Positions 46,008-55,110 are shown, numbered from the stretch's first letter. The stretch is DNA of 64,000 bases from an uncultured Alphaproteobacteria bacterium (GCA_963797775.1 CAWCQV010000029.1:75964-139963); one strand, 5' to 3'. The notes: generated by a model not told the origin, from the letters alone. Made by a program: numbers and translations.

Positions 46008-46019
46008 CACGCTACCGCA
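46008..46019 (-). promoter_or_regulatory. ops-like element TGCGGTAGCGTG (11/12 match to enterobacterial GGCGGTAGCGTG) in the cysD leader
   Basis: Read directly: the reverse complement of cacgctaccgca (46008-46019) is TGCGGTAGCGTG. It is on the coding (non-template) strand of the minus-strand operon, 51 nt after the NusG-paralog stop. A 7-bp hairpin (46024-46042) precedes it. Confidence 0.5.
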
Positions 46020-46069
46020 ATCCGGGTGAGGGAATCTCACCCGAACGCGCACAGACGACCAGTCCGCGG

Positions 46070-46585
46070 CTAGGCCGCGGCGACCAAATCCGCATCCAGC
46101 ACCACGCGAACCTTGCGGCCCAATAGATCGAGCAAAATCGCGATGCGTTCCCGTTCCGCCATGCCTTCAAACAAGCCGAGGCAGGACGTGAATGCGCCGT
46201 CGAGCACGCGTATCTTGTCGCCGGCGCGAAACGGCGGCCGGCAATCGAGCTTGATGAAGCCATTGGCATCCTGACGACTCTTCAGCGCCTCGATAATGCC
46301 GTCCGGCACCGCGGTGGGATCGTCGCCATTGCAAACCAGCCGCGTGACGCCGACGGTCGAGTAGATCGAGCGCCAGCGCTGCGCCGCCAGGTCGACCGCG
46401 ACGAACAGGTAGCGGGGAAACAGCGGCGCCGCGACGGTTTCGATGCGGCGGGCATGCCGGCGCCGCTTTAAATAGCGCGGGAAGTAGATTTCAAAACCCT
46501 GGCGATTGAGATGCGCCGTCGCTTTGGCTTCGGCATGCGGATGGGTGTGGGCGACGAACCAGCGCGGATGCAGTCCGGTTGTCAT
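46070..46585 (-). CDS. Specialised NusG paralog (RfaH-like transcription antiterminator; NGN + KOW)
   Basis: 171 aa. The NGN-like N-terminus reads WFVAHTHPHAEAKATAHLNRQGFEIYFPRY...PLFPRYLFV. The KOW-like segment reads GDKIRVLDGAFTSCLGLFEGM. Confidence 0.75.
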   Translation of the reverse strand: MTTGLHPRWFVAHTHPHAEAKATAHLNRQGFEIYFPRYLKRRRHARRIETVAAPLFPRYLFVAVDLAAQRWRSIYSTVGVTRLVCNGDDPTAVPDGIIEALKSRQDANGFIKLDCRPPFRAGDKIRVLDGAFTSCLGLFEGMAERERIAILLDLLGRKVRVVLDADLVAAA

Positions 46586-47226
46586 GCGACGATCTCCGTT
46601 GTCCGATCAATCCGTATTCCCAGTAACGCGGGCACTAAGACGCGATCCGCATCGAGTTGGTCAGCCACGGCCTTCACCGATTCGCGCGTCGCTTCGAGAT
46701 CGGTCACGAGGAGCGCGTCAAATCCTCCCGGTACTGCCGCAATCGCCTTGACGATGGGAGTGCCGACGAAGCGGGAGTTTTCGGATTTGGCGTCGACCAC
46801 TGCCACAATCGTAATGCCCTGTTCGAGCGCGCAGATAATGGCGATTTCGGCAAGATCGGAGACGCCGATCAGCGCAATCCGGTTCCAACCGTGCGCATGT
46901 GCCGCCATAAGTACGGACGAGCAATCCTCGCGGGCGTGGCGGAAGAACGAGAACGATCTGGAAAGGTATTCGACCGTGAGCCGCGACTTCTCGGCAAACC
47001 CGTGCGGCGTCAGGTAATAGGCATAGCGACGCGGCGGGACTTGGCCGATTTTCAGGAGGCCCTTTTTTACACAGCGCTTGAGGTAGGCGTTCACCAAGCC
47101 GAGCGCGATGCCGAGGTCGGAGGCAAGCTTGCGCTGGGACTGGGCGCCATCGCGCTCAACCGACTCAAGCAGGCCGAGCACGATCCGGCTGTTGTCCGTT
47201 TCCTCGTTGCGCGCCGCATGAGGCAT
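46582..47226 (-). CDS. Winged-helix transcriptional regulator with a Rossmann-like C-terminal domain (Rex-like architecture)
   Basis: The wHTH reads RKLASDLGIALGLVNAYLKRCVKKGLLKI..YAYYLTPHG. The C-domain reads WNRIALIGVSDLAEIAIICALEQGITIVAVVD. The start is set at MPHAARN (47226), with GGGAGG 7 nt upstream. The stop overlaps the NusG-paralog start as ATGA. Confidence 0.65.
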   Translation of the reverse strand: MPHAARNEETDNSRIVLGLLESVERDGAQSQRKLASDLGIALGLVNAYLKRCVKKGLLKIGQVPPRRYAYYLTPHGFAEKSRLTVEYLSRSFSFFRHAREDCSSVLMAAHAHGWNRIALIGVSDLAEIAIICALEQGITIVAVVDAKSENSRFVGTPIVKAIAAVPGGFDALLVTDLEATRESVKAVADQLDADRVLVPALLGIRIDRTTEIVA

Positions 47227-47259
47227 CGCATCGCCTCCCATCCGGCGCCAGAAGTACAT

Positions 47260-47303
47260 TGTTCACGGTGTGAACGTCAAGCCGAATGTTCAATTGGTGA
47301 ACA
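47260..47303. promoter_or_regulatory. Two operator-like palindromes TGTTCA-N5-TGAAC(G/A), centres 27 bp apart
   Basis: TGTTCAcggtgTGAACg occupies 47260-47276 and TGTTCAattggTGAACA occupies 47287-47303. Both are in the lower-GC spacer 34-77 nt upstream of the regulator start. Confidence 0.5.
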
Positions 47304-47331
47304 TAGCAACATATTGAGAAACAAAGGATAT

Positions 47332-47973
47332 TTATTTAGAACCTGCTCCGCTTCCGAACAGACTGCGCTCCACCAGGCCGCAAATTGCGTGCGCCGCGAC
47401 AATGTGGATTTGCTGGATCAGCGGGGTCTCGGCCGACGGCGCGGCCAGACAGTGATCGCACAACGGCTGCATCGTGCCGTTGGCAGCGGTTCCGGTGAAG
47501 CCGACGGTGGTCAGTCCTACTTCGCGCGCAGCTTGCAGCGCCGCGACGACGTTCGGCGAGCGCCCAGAAGTGGAGATCGCGATAAACACGTCGCCCTTTT
47601 GGCCCAGGCCGCGAACCTGGCGCTCGAACGCATGATCGAAACCGTAATCGTTGCCGATTGCGGTGAGAACCGACGAGTCGGTGGTCAGCGCGATTGCCGG
47701 TAGCGGATTGCGGTCAAAATTCAAGCGCGACAAAAACTCGCCGGCGATGTGCTGGGCGTCGGCGGCGCTGCCGCCGTTGCCGGCGATCAGGAGCTTATGG
47801 CCGGCGCGAAACGCAGCCGCGATCGCATCGGCAATTGCATGGATAGCGGCGCGCAATTTCGCATCTTCCGCCGCGCGAGACAGCGTCTCGCACGAGCGAC
47901 GAAAGTGCTCGGCCACCATATCGTTCTGTGAGGTCATGGCTTTGCCGTTTTCAGGTGGCTGTGGACCTAACAT
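47332..47973 (-). CDS. gmhA: D-sedoheptulose 7-phosphate isomerase (SIS domain)
   Basis: Contains [20 protein letters not shown]...[16 protein letters not shown]...[16 protein letters not shown]. The start may be MTSQND at 47937. Confidence 0.85.
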   Translation of the reverse strand: MLGPQPPENGKAMTSQNDMVAEHFRRSCETLSRAAEDAKLRAAIHAIADAIAAAFRAGHKLLIAGNGGSAADAQHIAGEFLSRLNFDRNPLPAIALTTDSSVLTAIGNDYGFDHAFERQVRGLGQKGDVFIAISTSGRSPNVVAALQAAREVGLTTVGFTGTAANGTMQPLCDHCLAAPSAETPLIQQIHIVAAHAICGLVERSLFGSGAGSK

Positions 47974-47987
47974 AATTTCCTTGTGCT

Positions 47988-48674
47988 ATGAAAGGCTATC
48001 GGCACGCGATGCAAAGAAAGATCCGACCGATGCCGCTTGCAGACTATCCGCTAAATGCCGAGGGCGTGTGGTGCGAGGTGTTAACGACGCCCCAGCCTGG
48101 CCGTCCGGCGCTGTTTTTGGATCGCGACGGCGCCGTCGTCGAGGACACCGAATATTTATGCCGCGTCGAAGACGTCGCGATGATTCCCGGGGCCGCGGCA
48201 GTGATTGCCGCCGCCAATGAACGCGGGATGCCGGTTGTGCTGGTGACCAATCAAGCAGGCATCGGCCGCGGATACTATGGATGGAGCGAATTCAAGCGCG
48301 TTCAAGAGGCGATTGTCGCGGCCTTGGCGGCCGAAGGCGCGCGCCTGGACGCTGTCTATGCCTGTGCGCATCATCCCGAGGGCCGCGATGGGTTCGCCCA
48401 TCCGGACCATCCGGCGCGCAAGCCAAATCCAGGCATGCTGTTGCAGGCGGCGTCCGATCTCGCGATCGAGCGCAAGATGTCGTGGCTTGTCGGCGACAGG
48501 GCAAGCGACGTTGAGGCGGCGAAGCGCGCTGGCCTCGCCGGCGCCATGCAGGTCGCCACTGGCTATGGCCTGACCGAGCGTGCGCGCGTCGCCGGGCTCG
48601 CTACACCGACATTCAAAGTCCGTTTCGGCCGCTCGATTGCCGACGCGATGACGTTGCCCATCCTTCGGTCATGA
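47988..48674 (+). CDS. gmhB: D-glycero-D-manno-heptose 1,7-bisphosphate phosphatase (HAD-IIIA)
   Basis: Contains ALFLDRDGAVV, VLVTNQAGIGRGYY, RKPNPGML and VGDRASDVEAAKRAG. The start may be downstream (48009 or 48030). Confidence 0.8.
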   Translation: MKGYRHAMQRKIRPMPLADYPLNAEGVWCEVLTTPQPGRPALFLDRDGAVVEDTEYLCRVEDVAMIPGAAAVIAAANERGMPVVLVTNQAGIGRGYYGWSEFKRVQEAIVAALAAEGARLDAVYACAHHPEGRDGFAHPDHPARKPNPGMLLQAASDLAIERKMSWLVGDRASDVEAAKRAGLAGAMQVATGYGLTERARVAGLATPTFKVRFGRSIADAMTLPILRS

Positions 48675-48878
48675 GAATCGTTTGTTTGACCGCGACACTG
48701 ACGAGCCAACGGCGGCGGATCATCGTGCGAACCAGATCGCTGACATCAAGCGAGCGGCGGTGGCGACGGCTTTGCCGGGGACGCGACAGGCTTTCGCAGG
48801 ACCATGCCGCCCAGCACCCCGACATCGAAAACGTAAAGCCAGCCATTATTGAAATCGAGCAGGTGCGCAAATGTAATT

Positions 48879-50045
48879 TCACTCTGCCGCGGCCGGCGGC
48901 CGCCTGCGCTGGTCAAAACGGCGGTCGAACACGTGCTCGGCGATGCGGTTCTTCAATATTTCGATCGAGCCGCCAGCGATCATCCAGCCGCGCGTGCGCC
49001 GCATGCAATATTCGACCAGGGTCTCGCGGCTGTAACCCAGCGCGCCCATGATCTGCACCGCTTCGCTTGCGACTTCGAAGCCTGTCTGATTGCAGGCCGC
49101 TTTCGCGACCGCGGTTTCATAGGCCGACGGCAGACCGCGGTCGGCATTGGCGGCGGCGCGGTAGAGCAGTAATTGCGCGCTGTCGAGCTTGATCGCCATG
49201 TCGGCAAACTTCCATTGCAGGCCCTGGAACTCGCACAGCGGCCGGCCGAATTGCTCGCGGGTTGCCGCGTAGTCCCGTGCTGCGTTGAAGGCGTAGCGGC
49301 CACAGGCAAGCGAGCGCGCCGTGTTGCCGAGGCGCTCAACATTGAAGCCGGCCATTTGTTTCTTAAAACCGCCGGGCCCGAGCAGCATGTTCTCGGCCGG
49401 AACGCGGCAGTCGTTAAAATGAAGTTCGCACCATTCCTCGCCACTCATGAATATCGACGGCGCGCCGATAGAAAATCCGGGCGTGCCGCGCTCGATGATT
49501 ACGGAGCCGATACCGGAGAGACCGGTCCCGAAACGGACATAAATTAGAAAAATCTGCGCGTCGGGACTGAATGTCGAAAATACCTTACCGCCGTTGACGA
49601 TGTAGGACGAGCCGTCCGCTCGCGCGCTGGTCTTCAGATCCGTCAGCGCCGAGCCGGCGTCAGGCTCGGTCATGCCGAGCGACATCACCATGCGGCCGGC
49701 AAGAAGCTCGCCGAGCCAGCGCCCTTTCTGCGCCGGCGTGCCGTATTCGGCGAAGGTGCGGATCGGGCCGAAATTGCCGAACTGCACCACGTCGGCGCTG
49801 CGCGGGCAAACGGCGGCGACCTGTTCGATGGCGATTACGGCATCCATCAGGCTGCCGCCCTGCCCGCCGTCGCTCTCCGGCAGCGCTATTCCCATCAGGC
49901 CTTGTTCGGCCATGAGCCGCGCGACGTCGAAAGGAAAGCGCGGATCGTGCGCGCGCTCGAGCGCACCCGCCGCGAGATGCGCGCGCGCGAAACGGCGCAC
50001 CGTATCGGCGAACTGCGTCTGCTCCGGCGTGAATTCGAAGTACAT
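48879..50045 (-). CDS. Acyl-CoA dehydrogenase
   Basis: 388 aa. Contains MYFEFTPEQTQFADTVRRFA...GMTEPDAGSA...FGRPLCEFQGLQWKFADM...QIMGALGYSRE. Confidence 0.88.
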   Translation of the reverse strand: MYFEFTPEQTQFADTVRRFARAHLAAGALERAHDPRFPFDVARLMAEQGLMGIALPESDGGQGGSLMDAVIAIEQVAAVCPRSADVVQFGNFGPIRTFAEYGTPAQKGRWLGELLAGRMVMSLGMTEPDAGSALTDLKTSARADGSSYIVNGGKVFSTFSPDAQIFLIYVRFGTGLSGIGSVIIERGTPGFSIGAPSIFMSGEEWCELHFNDCRVPAENMLLGPGGFKKQMAGFNVERLGNTARSLACGRYAFNAARDYAATREQFGRPLCEFQGLQWKFADMAIKLDSAQLLLYRAAANADRGLPSAYETAVAKAACNQTGFEVASEAVQIMGALGYSRETLVEYCMRRTRGWMIAGGSIEILKNRIAEHVFDRRFDQRRRPPAAAE

Positions 50046-50063
50046 CGCGCGTGTCTTGCTCCC

Positions 50064-51044
50064 TCACTTCGGCTCTATACCGGCGGCGCGAATAACTGCC
50101 GCCCACTTGGTTTCCTCGTGGTCGATGACGGCGGCTTGCTGCTCCGGGGTGCCTGGCTCCGGCTCGGCGCCTTCGTTGATGATGCGCTTGCGCACGGCGT
50201 CGTCGGCCAGCGCTGTATTCAGCGCCTCGTTCAGCCGTTGCACAATCGGTGCCGGCGTGCCGGCCGGCGCGAGGAGCCCGTAGGACAGCGTGGCATCGAA
50301 ACCCGGCAGGCCGGATTGGGCAAGCGTCGGCAGGGTCGGCATCAGCGTCGAATGCCTGGCAGAGGTCACCGCCAGCGCGCGGATATAGCCGCCGTCGAGC
50401 CCGGCCCGCGACACCGGGATGGGATTGAAGCCGACCTTGACGAAGCCGCCCATCATATCGGTGATCAGCGGCTGGGAGCCTTTCTCGATGATTTGTTCGA
50501 CCTTCACGCCGGCCTGCTCGGCGAACAACACCGAAGCAAGGTAGTTGACAGTACCGGCGCCCGGCGTCGCGACCTGATAGGGCTCTTTTGAGCTCTTCAT
50601 CAGCGCGATCAGTTCGTCGACATTGTGCACCGGCAGGTCCTTGTAAACCAGGAGCAGCGCCGGCGCCGACGCGATCAGCCCGATCGGCGCGAAATCTTTG
50701 CGCGGATCGTAACCGACATTCTTATAAATATGCGGGCCGGTGGCGAGCGTCGATGTATAGCCGAGAATAATCGTGTAACCGTCGGGTGCGGCGTGCGCGA
50801 CTTCCCGGGTGCCGACCGTGCCGCTGCCTCCGGCATTGCGATCTTCGACCACGACTCGCTGGCCGAGCACGGCGCTCATCTTGTCGGACACCGCGCGCGC
50901 CATGATGTCGTTGGTGCCGCCGGGCGGCAGCGGAATGACAAGGACGATCGGCCGGTTCGGGTAATCATCCGCGACACTCACGCGGGAGGCTCCAAAGGCG
51001 ACGATCGTAACGAACGCTGCAATCAGGGCCATCAGCTTGGTCAA
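50064..51044 (-). CDS. Bug/TctC family tripartite tricarboxylate transporter substrate-binding protein
   Basis: 326 aa. Contains DYPNRPIVLVIPLPPGGTNDIMARAV...VVEDRNAGGSGTVG. A TTG start lies 5 nt after GGGAGG. Confidence 0.85.
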   Translation of the reverse strand: MTKLMALIAAFVTIVAFGASRVSVADDYPNRPIVLVIPLPPGGTNDIMARAVSDKMSAVLGQRVVVEDRNAGGSGTVGTREVAHAAPDGYTIILGYTSTLATGPHIYKNVGYDPRKDFAPIGLIASAPALLLVYKDLPVHNVDELIALMKSSKEPYQVATPGAGTVNYLASVLFAEQAGVKVEQIIEKGSQPLITDMMGGFVKVGFNPIPVSRAGLDGGYIRALAVTSARHSTLMPTLPTLAQSGLPGFDATLSYGLLAPAGTPAPIVQRLNEALNTALADDAVRKRIINEGAEPEPGTPEQQAAVIDHEETKWAAVIRAAGIEPK

Positions 51045-51320
51045 GATTTCCTCCCGTACAGAGCTGCACTTTTTTTTTGTTGCGGCGGCGCCCGCTGCCG
51101 GCCGATAGTCCTTAAGCCTACCCGTTGACCCAGTCCGTTGTCATTAACGCCGCGGATAACAGTATCTACCAAATCACCGGCACGACGAAACCCGGCAGAA
51201 ACCAAACGCCGCGCGATCCGGCGCTCATTCGCACGCTTCATGAAAGGGGCTCGGCGCCGGCCGCAGCGGCGCGCCGGAGGCGTAATTCTCCATCGCCGGC
51301 CGCTGGACTGGCGAGCTGGC

Positions 51321-52316
51321 CTACTCGATCTGCGCGATATGGGCGTTGACGATGATGTCGTGATATTTTTCGATCTCGTCGGAGATGAATTTCGCCGCTT
51401 GGTCGGGTGGTAGATACATCGTCTCCGCGCCTTGGCGCTGGAAGCTGGCGCGGACTTGCGGATCGGCGACCGCCTCTTTGAGCGCGCCGTTCAGCTTGGC
51501 CACGATCGGCGCCGGCGTGCCTTTCGGCGCAAGCAGCGCAAACCAGCCGGACACCTGATATTGCGGCAGCCCGGCTTCTTTCGTCGTCGGAGTGTCGGGC
51601 AAAATATCCAGCCGGTTAGCGCCGGCGACGGCGAGCGCCTTGGCGCCCTTGGCCTGCAGCGGCGCGGCGACGTTCGGGTACCACTGAAAGCCGAGCGGCA
51701 CCTGGCCCGACATCAGATCCGGCGCGTATTGCCCGATATTTCGGTAAGGCACGTGGGTGAGCTTCACGCCGGTTAGCTCGCTGAAATATTCGCCGGCCAG
51801 ATGCTGCGAGCTGCCGATGCCGACCGATCCGAAATTAAGTCCGGGGTGCGCCTTGCCGTAGCTGATCAGCTCTTGCAAGCTGTTGACCGGCAGCTTGGTG
51901 CTGGCGACCACAACGATCGTGAAAGACGCGAACGGCGAGACCGTCTCGAAATCTTTTTGCGGATCGTAATCGAGGTGTTTGTACAGCGTCACGTTGGCCG
52001 CGACCGGACCTGAGCCGCCGCCGAGGATGGTGTAGCCGTCCGGCGCGGCGCGGGCGACATCGGCGGTGCCGATATTGCCGCCGGCGCCCGGCTTGTTCTC
52101 GACGACAATGGGTTGCCCCAGGAGCTTCGACATTTTGTCGAACAGGATGCGGCTGACGACGTCGCTGGCGCTGCCGCCGGCAAACGGAATGATGGCGGTG
52201 ATCGGCCGCGTCGGATAACTCTGCGCAGCGACCTGCGCGTAGGCCGCGGTGCCGATGACGCTGAGCGCCAGAGCGAGACATGCGCCGGGCAAAAGCCTAA
52301 TACCGTATTTCTTCAC
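51321..52316 (-). CDS. Bug/TctC family substrate-binding protein
   Basis: Reads (V)KKYGIRLLPGACLALALSVIGTAAYAQ..YPTRPITAIIPFAGGSASDVVSRIL..VVENKPGAGGNIGT. The start is set at GTG 52316. The 407-aa track ORF is over-extended. Confidence 0.82.
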   Translation of the reverse strand: MKKYGIRLLPGACLALALSVIGTAAYAQVAAQSYPTRPITAIIPFAGGSASDVVSRILFDKMSKLLGQPIVVENKPGAGGNIGTADVARAAPDGYTILGGGSGPVAANVTLYKHLDYDPQKDFETVSPFASFTIVVVASTKLPVNSLQELISYGKAHPGLNFGSVGIGSSQHLAGEYFSELTGVKLTHVPYRNIGQYAPDLMSGQVPLGFQWYPNVAAPLQAKGAKALAVAGANRLDILPDTPTTKEAGLPQYQVSGWFALLAPKGTPAPIVAKLNGALKEAVADPQVRASFQRQGAETMYLPPDQAAKFISDEIEKYHDIIVNAHIAQIE

Positions 52317-52356
52317 TGCTGAGCCCTTTGGATTGTGAGTGCAGCAACCGGAGTCG

Positions 52357-53700
52357 TTACCTACCCGTAAAATTCTTCTCCAGTCCCTGCCAGCCTTCGA
52401 AGTAGTCGTGCTGCAGCTCCGATGACTCGATCGCATAGCGGGTGAGCCGCATGGCATAGCGGCTCTCGAACATGAACGCCATCGTGTCTTCCAGCTTGTG
52501 CGGCTTGAGTTCGGCGCGCGTTGCGCGCAGCCAGGTCTCGGCATCCGGGCCGTGCGCCGTCATGCAATTGTGCAGGCTAGCGCCGCCGGGCAGGAAGCCT
52601 TCGGCTTTGGCGTCGTAGGCGCCGTGGAGCAGCCCCATGAACTCGGTCATGACGTTGCGGTGATACCATGGTGGCCGGAACGTATCCTCGCCGACCAGCC
52701 AGCGCGGCGGAAAGATGACGAAGTCGATATTGGCGGTGCCGGGCACGTCCGACGGCGCGGTCAATACGCTGTAGATCGATGGATCGGGATGGTCGAAGCT
52801 CACCGTGCCGATGACCATGAAGCGCGCCAGCTCATATTTGTAGGGGGCGAAATTGCCGTGCCAGGCGACGACGTTGAGCGGCGAATGATCCATCTCCGCC
52901 GCCCACAGATTGCCTTGGAATTTCGCCGCCATGACGCAGGGCGCCGCGGTGTCTTCGTAGGCGGCGACCGGACTTAAAAAGTCGCGCACATTGGCAAGCC
53001 CGTTGGAGCCGAGCGGGCCGAGCTCCGGCAGTCGCAGCGGCTGTCCGTAATTCTCGCAGATATAGCCGCGCGACGGTCCGTCGGGCAGTTCGACGCGAAA
53101 GCGCAAGCCGCGCGGAATGACGACGATCTCGCCCGGCGCCGTCTCGATCACGCCCAGCTCGGTGACGAAGCAGGCGCGGCCCTGCTGCGGCACGATCAGC
53201 ATTTCGCCGTCGGCATTGTAGAAGCAGCGGTCGATCATCGCGCGGTTGGCGGCATAAATGTGGATTGCCATACCGACTTGCGTCGCCACGTCGCCGTTGC
53301 CGCCGAGCGTAACGATGCCTTCGACGAAGTCCGTCGGTTGTTGCGGAATCGGAATCGGGCTCCAGCGCAATTGCGTCGGCGTGGCGTCGACGTCGGCAAA
53401 CGGCGCGCTGCGGATGAGCCCATTGTCGAGGCGCCCATAGGGCCGATGCACGACCGACGGTTGGATGCGGTAGGTCCAGGTGCGGCGATTTTCGCCGCGC
53501 GGCGTCGTGAACGAGGTGCCGGATATGAGCTCGGCATAGAGCCCATGCGGCGGGCGTTGCGGCGAATTGCGTCCAACCGGCAAGGCGCCGGGCGAAGCCT
53601 CAGAGACAAAATGATTGCCAAAGCCCGATAGGTACTGAAGCGTTGAGTCCGTGGGCGCGGCTTTGGTCCCTGCGTCGCGGAGCTTGGTTTCTTGATTCAT
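52357..53700 (-). CDS. hmgA: Homogentisate 1,2-dioxygenase
   Basis: Contains [43 protein letters not shown]...[13 protein letters not shown]. The start is set at MNQETK (53700). Confidence 0.92.
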   Translation of the reverse strand: MNQETKLRDAGTKAAPTDSTLQYLSGFGNHFVSEASPGALPVGRNSPQRPPHGLYAELISGTSFTTPRGENRRTWTYRIQPSVVHRPYGRLDNGLIRSAPFADVDATPTQLRWSPIPIPQQPTDFVEGIVTLGGNGDVATQVGMAIHIYAANRAMIDRCFYNADGEMLIVPQQGRACFVTELGVIETAPGEIVVIPRGLRFRVELPDGPSRGYICENYGQPLRLPELGPLGSNGLANVRDFLSPVAAYEDTAAPCVMAAKFQGNLWAAEMDHSPLNVVAWHGNFAPYKYELARFMVIGTVSFDHPDPSIYSVLTAPSDVPGTANIDFVIFPPRWLVGEDTFRPPWYHRNVMTEFMGLLHGAYDAKAEGFLPGGASLHNCMTAHGPDAETWLRATRAELKPHKLEDTMAFMFESRYAMRLTRYAIESSELQHDYFEGWQGLEKNFTGR

Positions 53701-54036
53701 CGTCAACCTCCAAATGCCCTGCCGGCATGGCGCGAACAATCAGGAATTCGCGTCACGGACCGGTTTGCTTCGCAACGCTCGGAACGGCGCATGCAAAATT
53801 AGTCTCGCCCGCAACAAATATCCGCTTTCCGTGACGACGGCGCAAGAAGGCGGGGGCCGCGGAGTTCCGACGCGGGTAGCGCCGCCGCAATTGGCCTTGA
53901 ATGGCTCACAATCCGTCCCAAAAGCCGCCCGCTTGAGCCGGCATGAGCCACGCCAGAGTGAGGGAGAAAGCCTTCATTAATCAATCTGGAACGGCGGGTC
54001 GCGCGCCGTGACGAGACGTTCTGCGGGGCAACGGGC

Positions 54037-55083
54037 ATGCGGTCGATCCTTGCATTCGCGATTGTGTTGCTCTCACTCTCCAGCGCCGCGCCGGAACCGG
54101 ACTATTCGTCTTACATCAAAGATTATCTCCACGCCGCAGGCGCTGACTGGCGTTCGTCGCTGATCGAAATCGAATCGTCGACCGGTAGAACCGACCGGCT
54201 CGCTGTCGCGTCTTTGCAGCCGCACGCAACGGCCGTCGAAATCATCAGGCGGGCAAACTCCCTTGCAAGCAGGGAGACTGGCGCCAATGGCGCCGACGGC
54301 ATGGAGGAAAATACCACACTCGGTCACGGCGACGACCTGTCGCTCAACGACCTCTGTAATGCGCTTTATACCTCGGCCGAGGACAACGACCTACCCATTC
54401 CGTTCTTTGCCAATCTGATTTGGCAAGAGAGCCGATTGCGCGTCGACGATATAAGCAGGAAAGGCGCACTGGGCATTGCGCAATTCATGCCGGAGACTGC
54501 CGCTGAAACCGGACTCGACAATCCATTCGACCCGATGCAAGCGATCCCGGCTTCGGCGCGCTTGTTGCGCGAACTGCGTCTGGAATTCGGCAATCTGGGC
54601 TTTGTCGCCGCCGCCTACAATGCCGGCGCGCACCGTGTCGCCGAATGGCTCCAACATCGCAATAACCTGCCGCGCGAGACACGCGGTTACGTCATCAGCG
54701 TCACCGGTCTTTCGGTCGACGATTGGCGGAAGATGGCGGTGAATGACGACGCGCTCGCCTTCGCGCGGCCGTTACCGTGCCGCGCTCTGCCGGCCTTCGC
54801 CAGCGTGGAACAGGCGCAATCCGAACAAGTGCAATTGCAGCAAGCCAAGCTTGAGCAGGTCAAGCTGGAACAGGCCAAGGCGGACGAGGCCAAGCTCGAA
54901 AAGGAGGCGGCCGATGCTCCGGCCAAGCCGCACCGCGGCCATCATCGCGCCGCCGAGCGCAAAGACGGTCGCGGCAGGCATGAGCGTCACGAAGCGCAAC
55001 GCGCTACCCGTGGGCGCCACGCGGGCAAGCACGAGGTCGCGCGTCATGCCCCCGAAAGCGGCGAAAAGCGCACCCGCGCATAA
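54037..55083 (+). CDS. Lytic transglycosylase (SLT domain) with a signal peptide and a low-complexity basic C-terminal tail
   Basis: The SLT core reads LIWQESRLRVDDISRKGALGIAQFMPETA...AAYNAGAHRV. The tail reads QSEQVQLQQAKLEQVKLEQAKADEAKLEKE...HRGHHRAAERKDGRGRHERHE. Confidence 0.85.
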   Translation: MRSILAFAIVLLSLSSAAPEPDYSSYIKDYLHAAGADWRSSLIEIESSTGRTDRLAVASLQPHATAVEIIRRANSLASRETGANGADGMEENTTLGHGDDLSLNDLCNALYTSAEDNDLPIPFFANLIWQESRLRVDDISRKGALGIAQFMPETAAETGLDNPFDPMQAIPASARLLRELRLEFGNLGFVAAAYNAGAHRVAEWLQHRNNLPRETRGYVISVTGLSVDDWRKMAVNDDALAFARPLPCRALPAFASVEQAQSEQVQLQQAKLEQVKLEQAKADEAKLEKEAADAPAKPHRGHHRAAERKDGRGRHERHEAQRATRGRHAGKHEVARHAPESGEKRTRA

Positions 55084-55110
55084 CAGATGGCCAAGTCCGC
55101 AATCGCTGCT

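Noticed and set aside
51045-51320. T9 run (ctgcacttttttttt, about 51075-51093) as a plus-strand terminator
   Set aside because: No GC-rich hairpin precedes the T-run. On the minus strand it is an A-run in the leader of the Bug/TctC gene.
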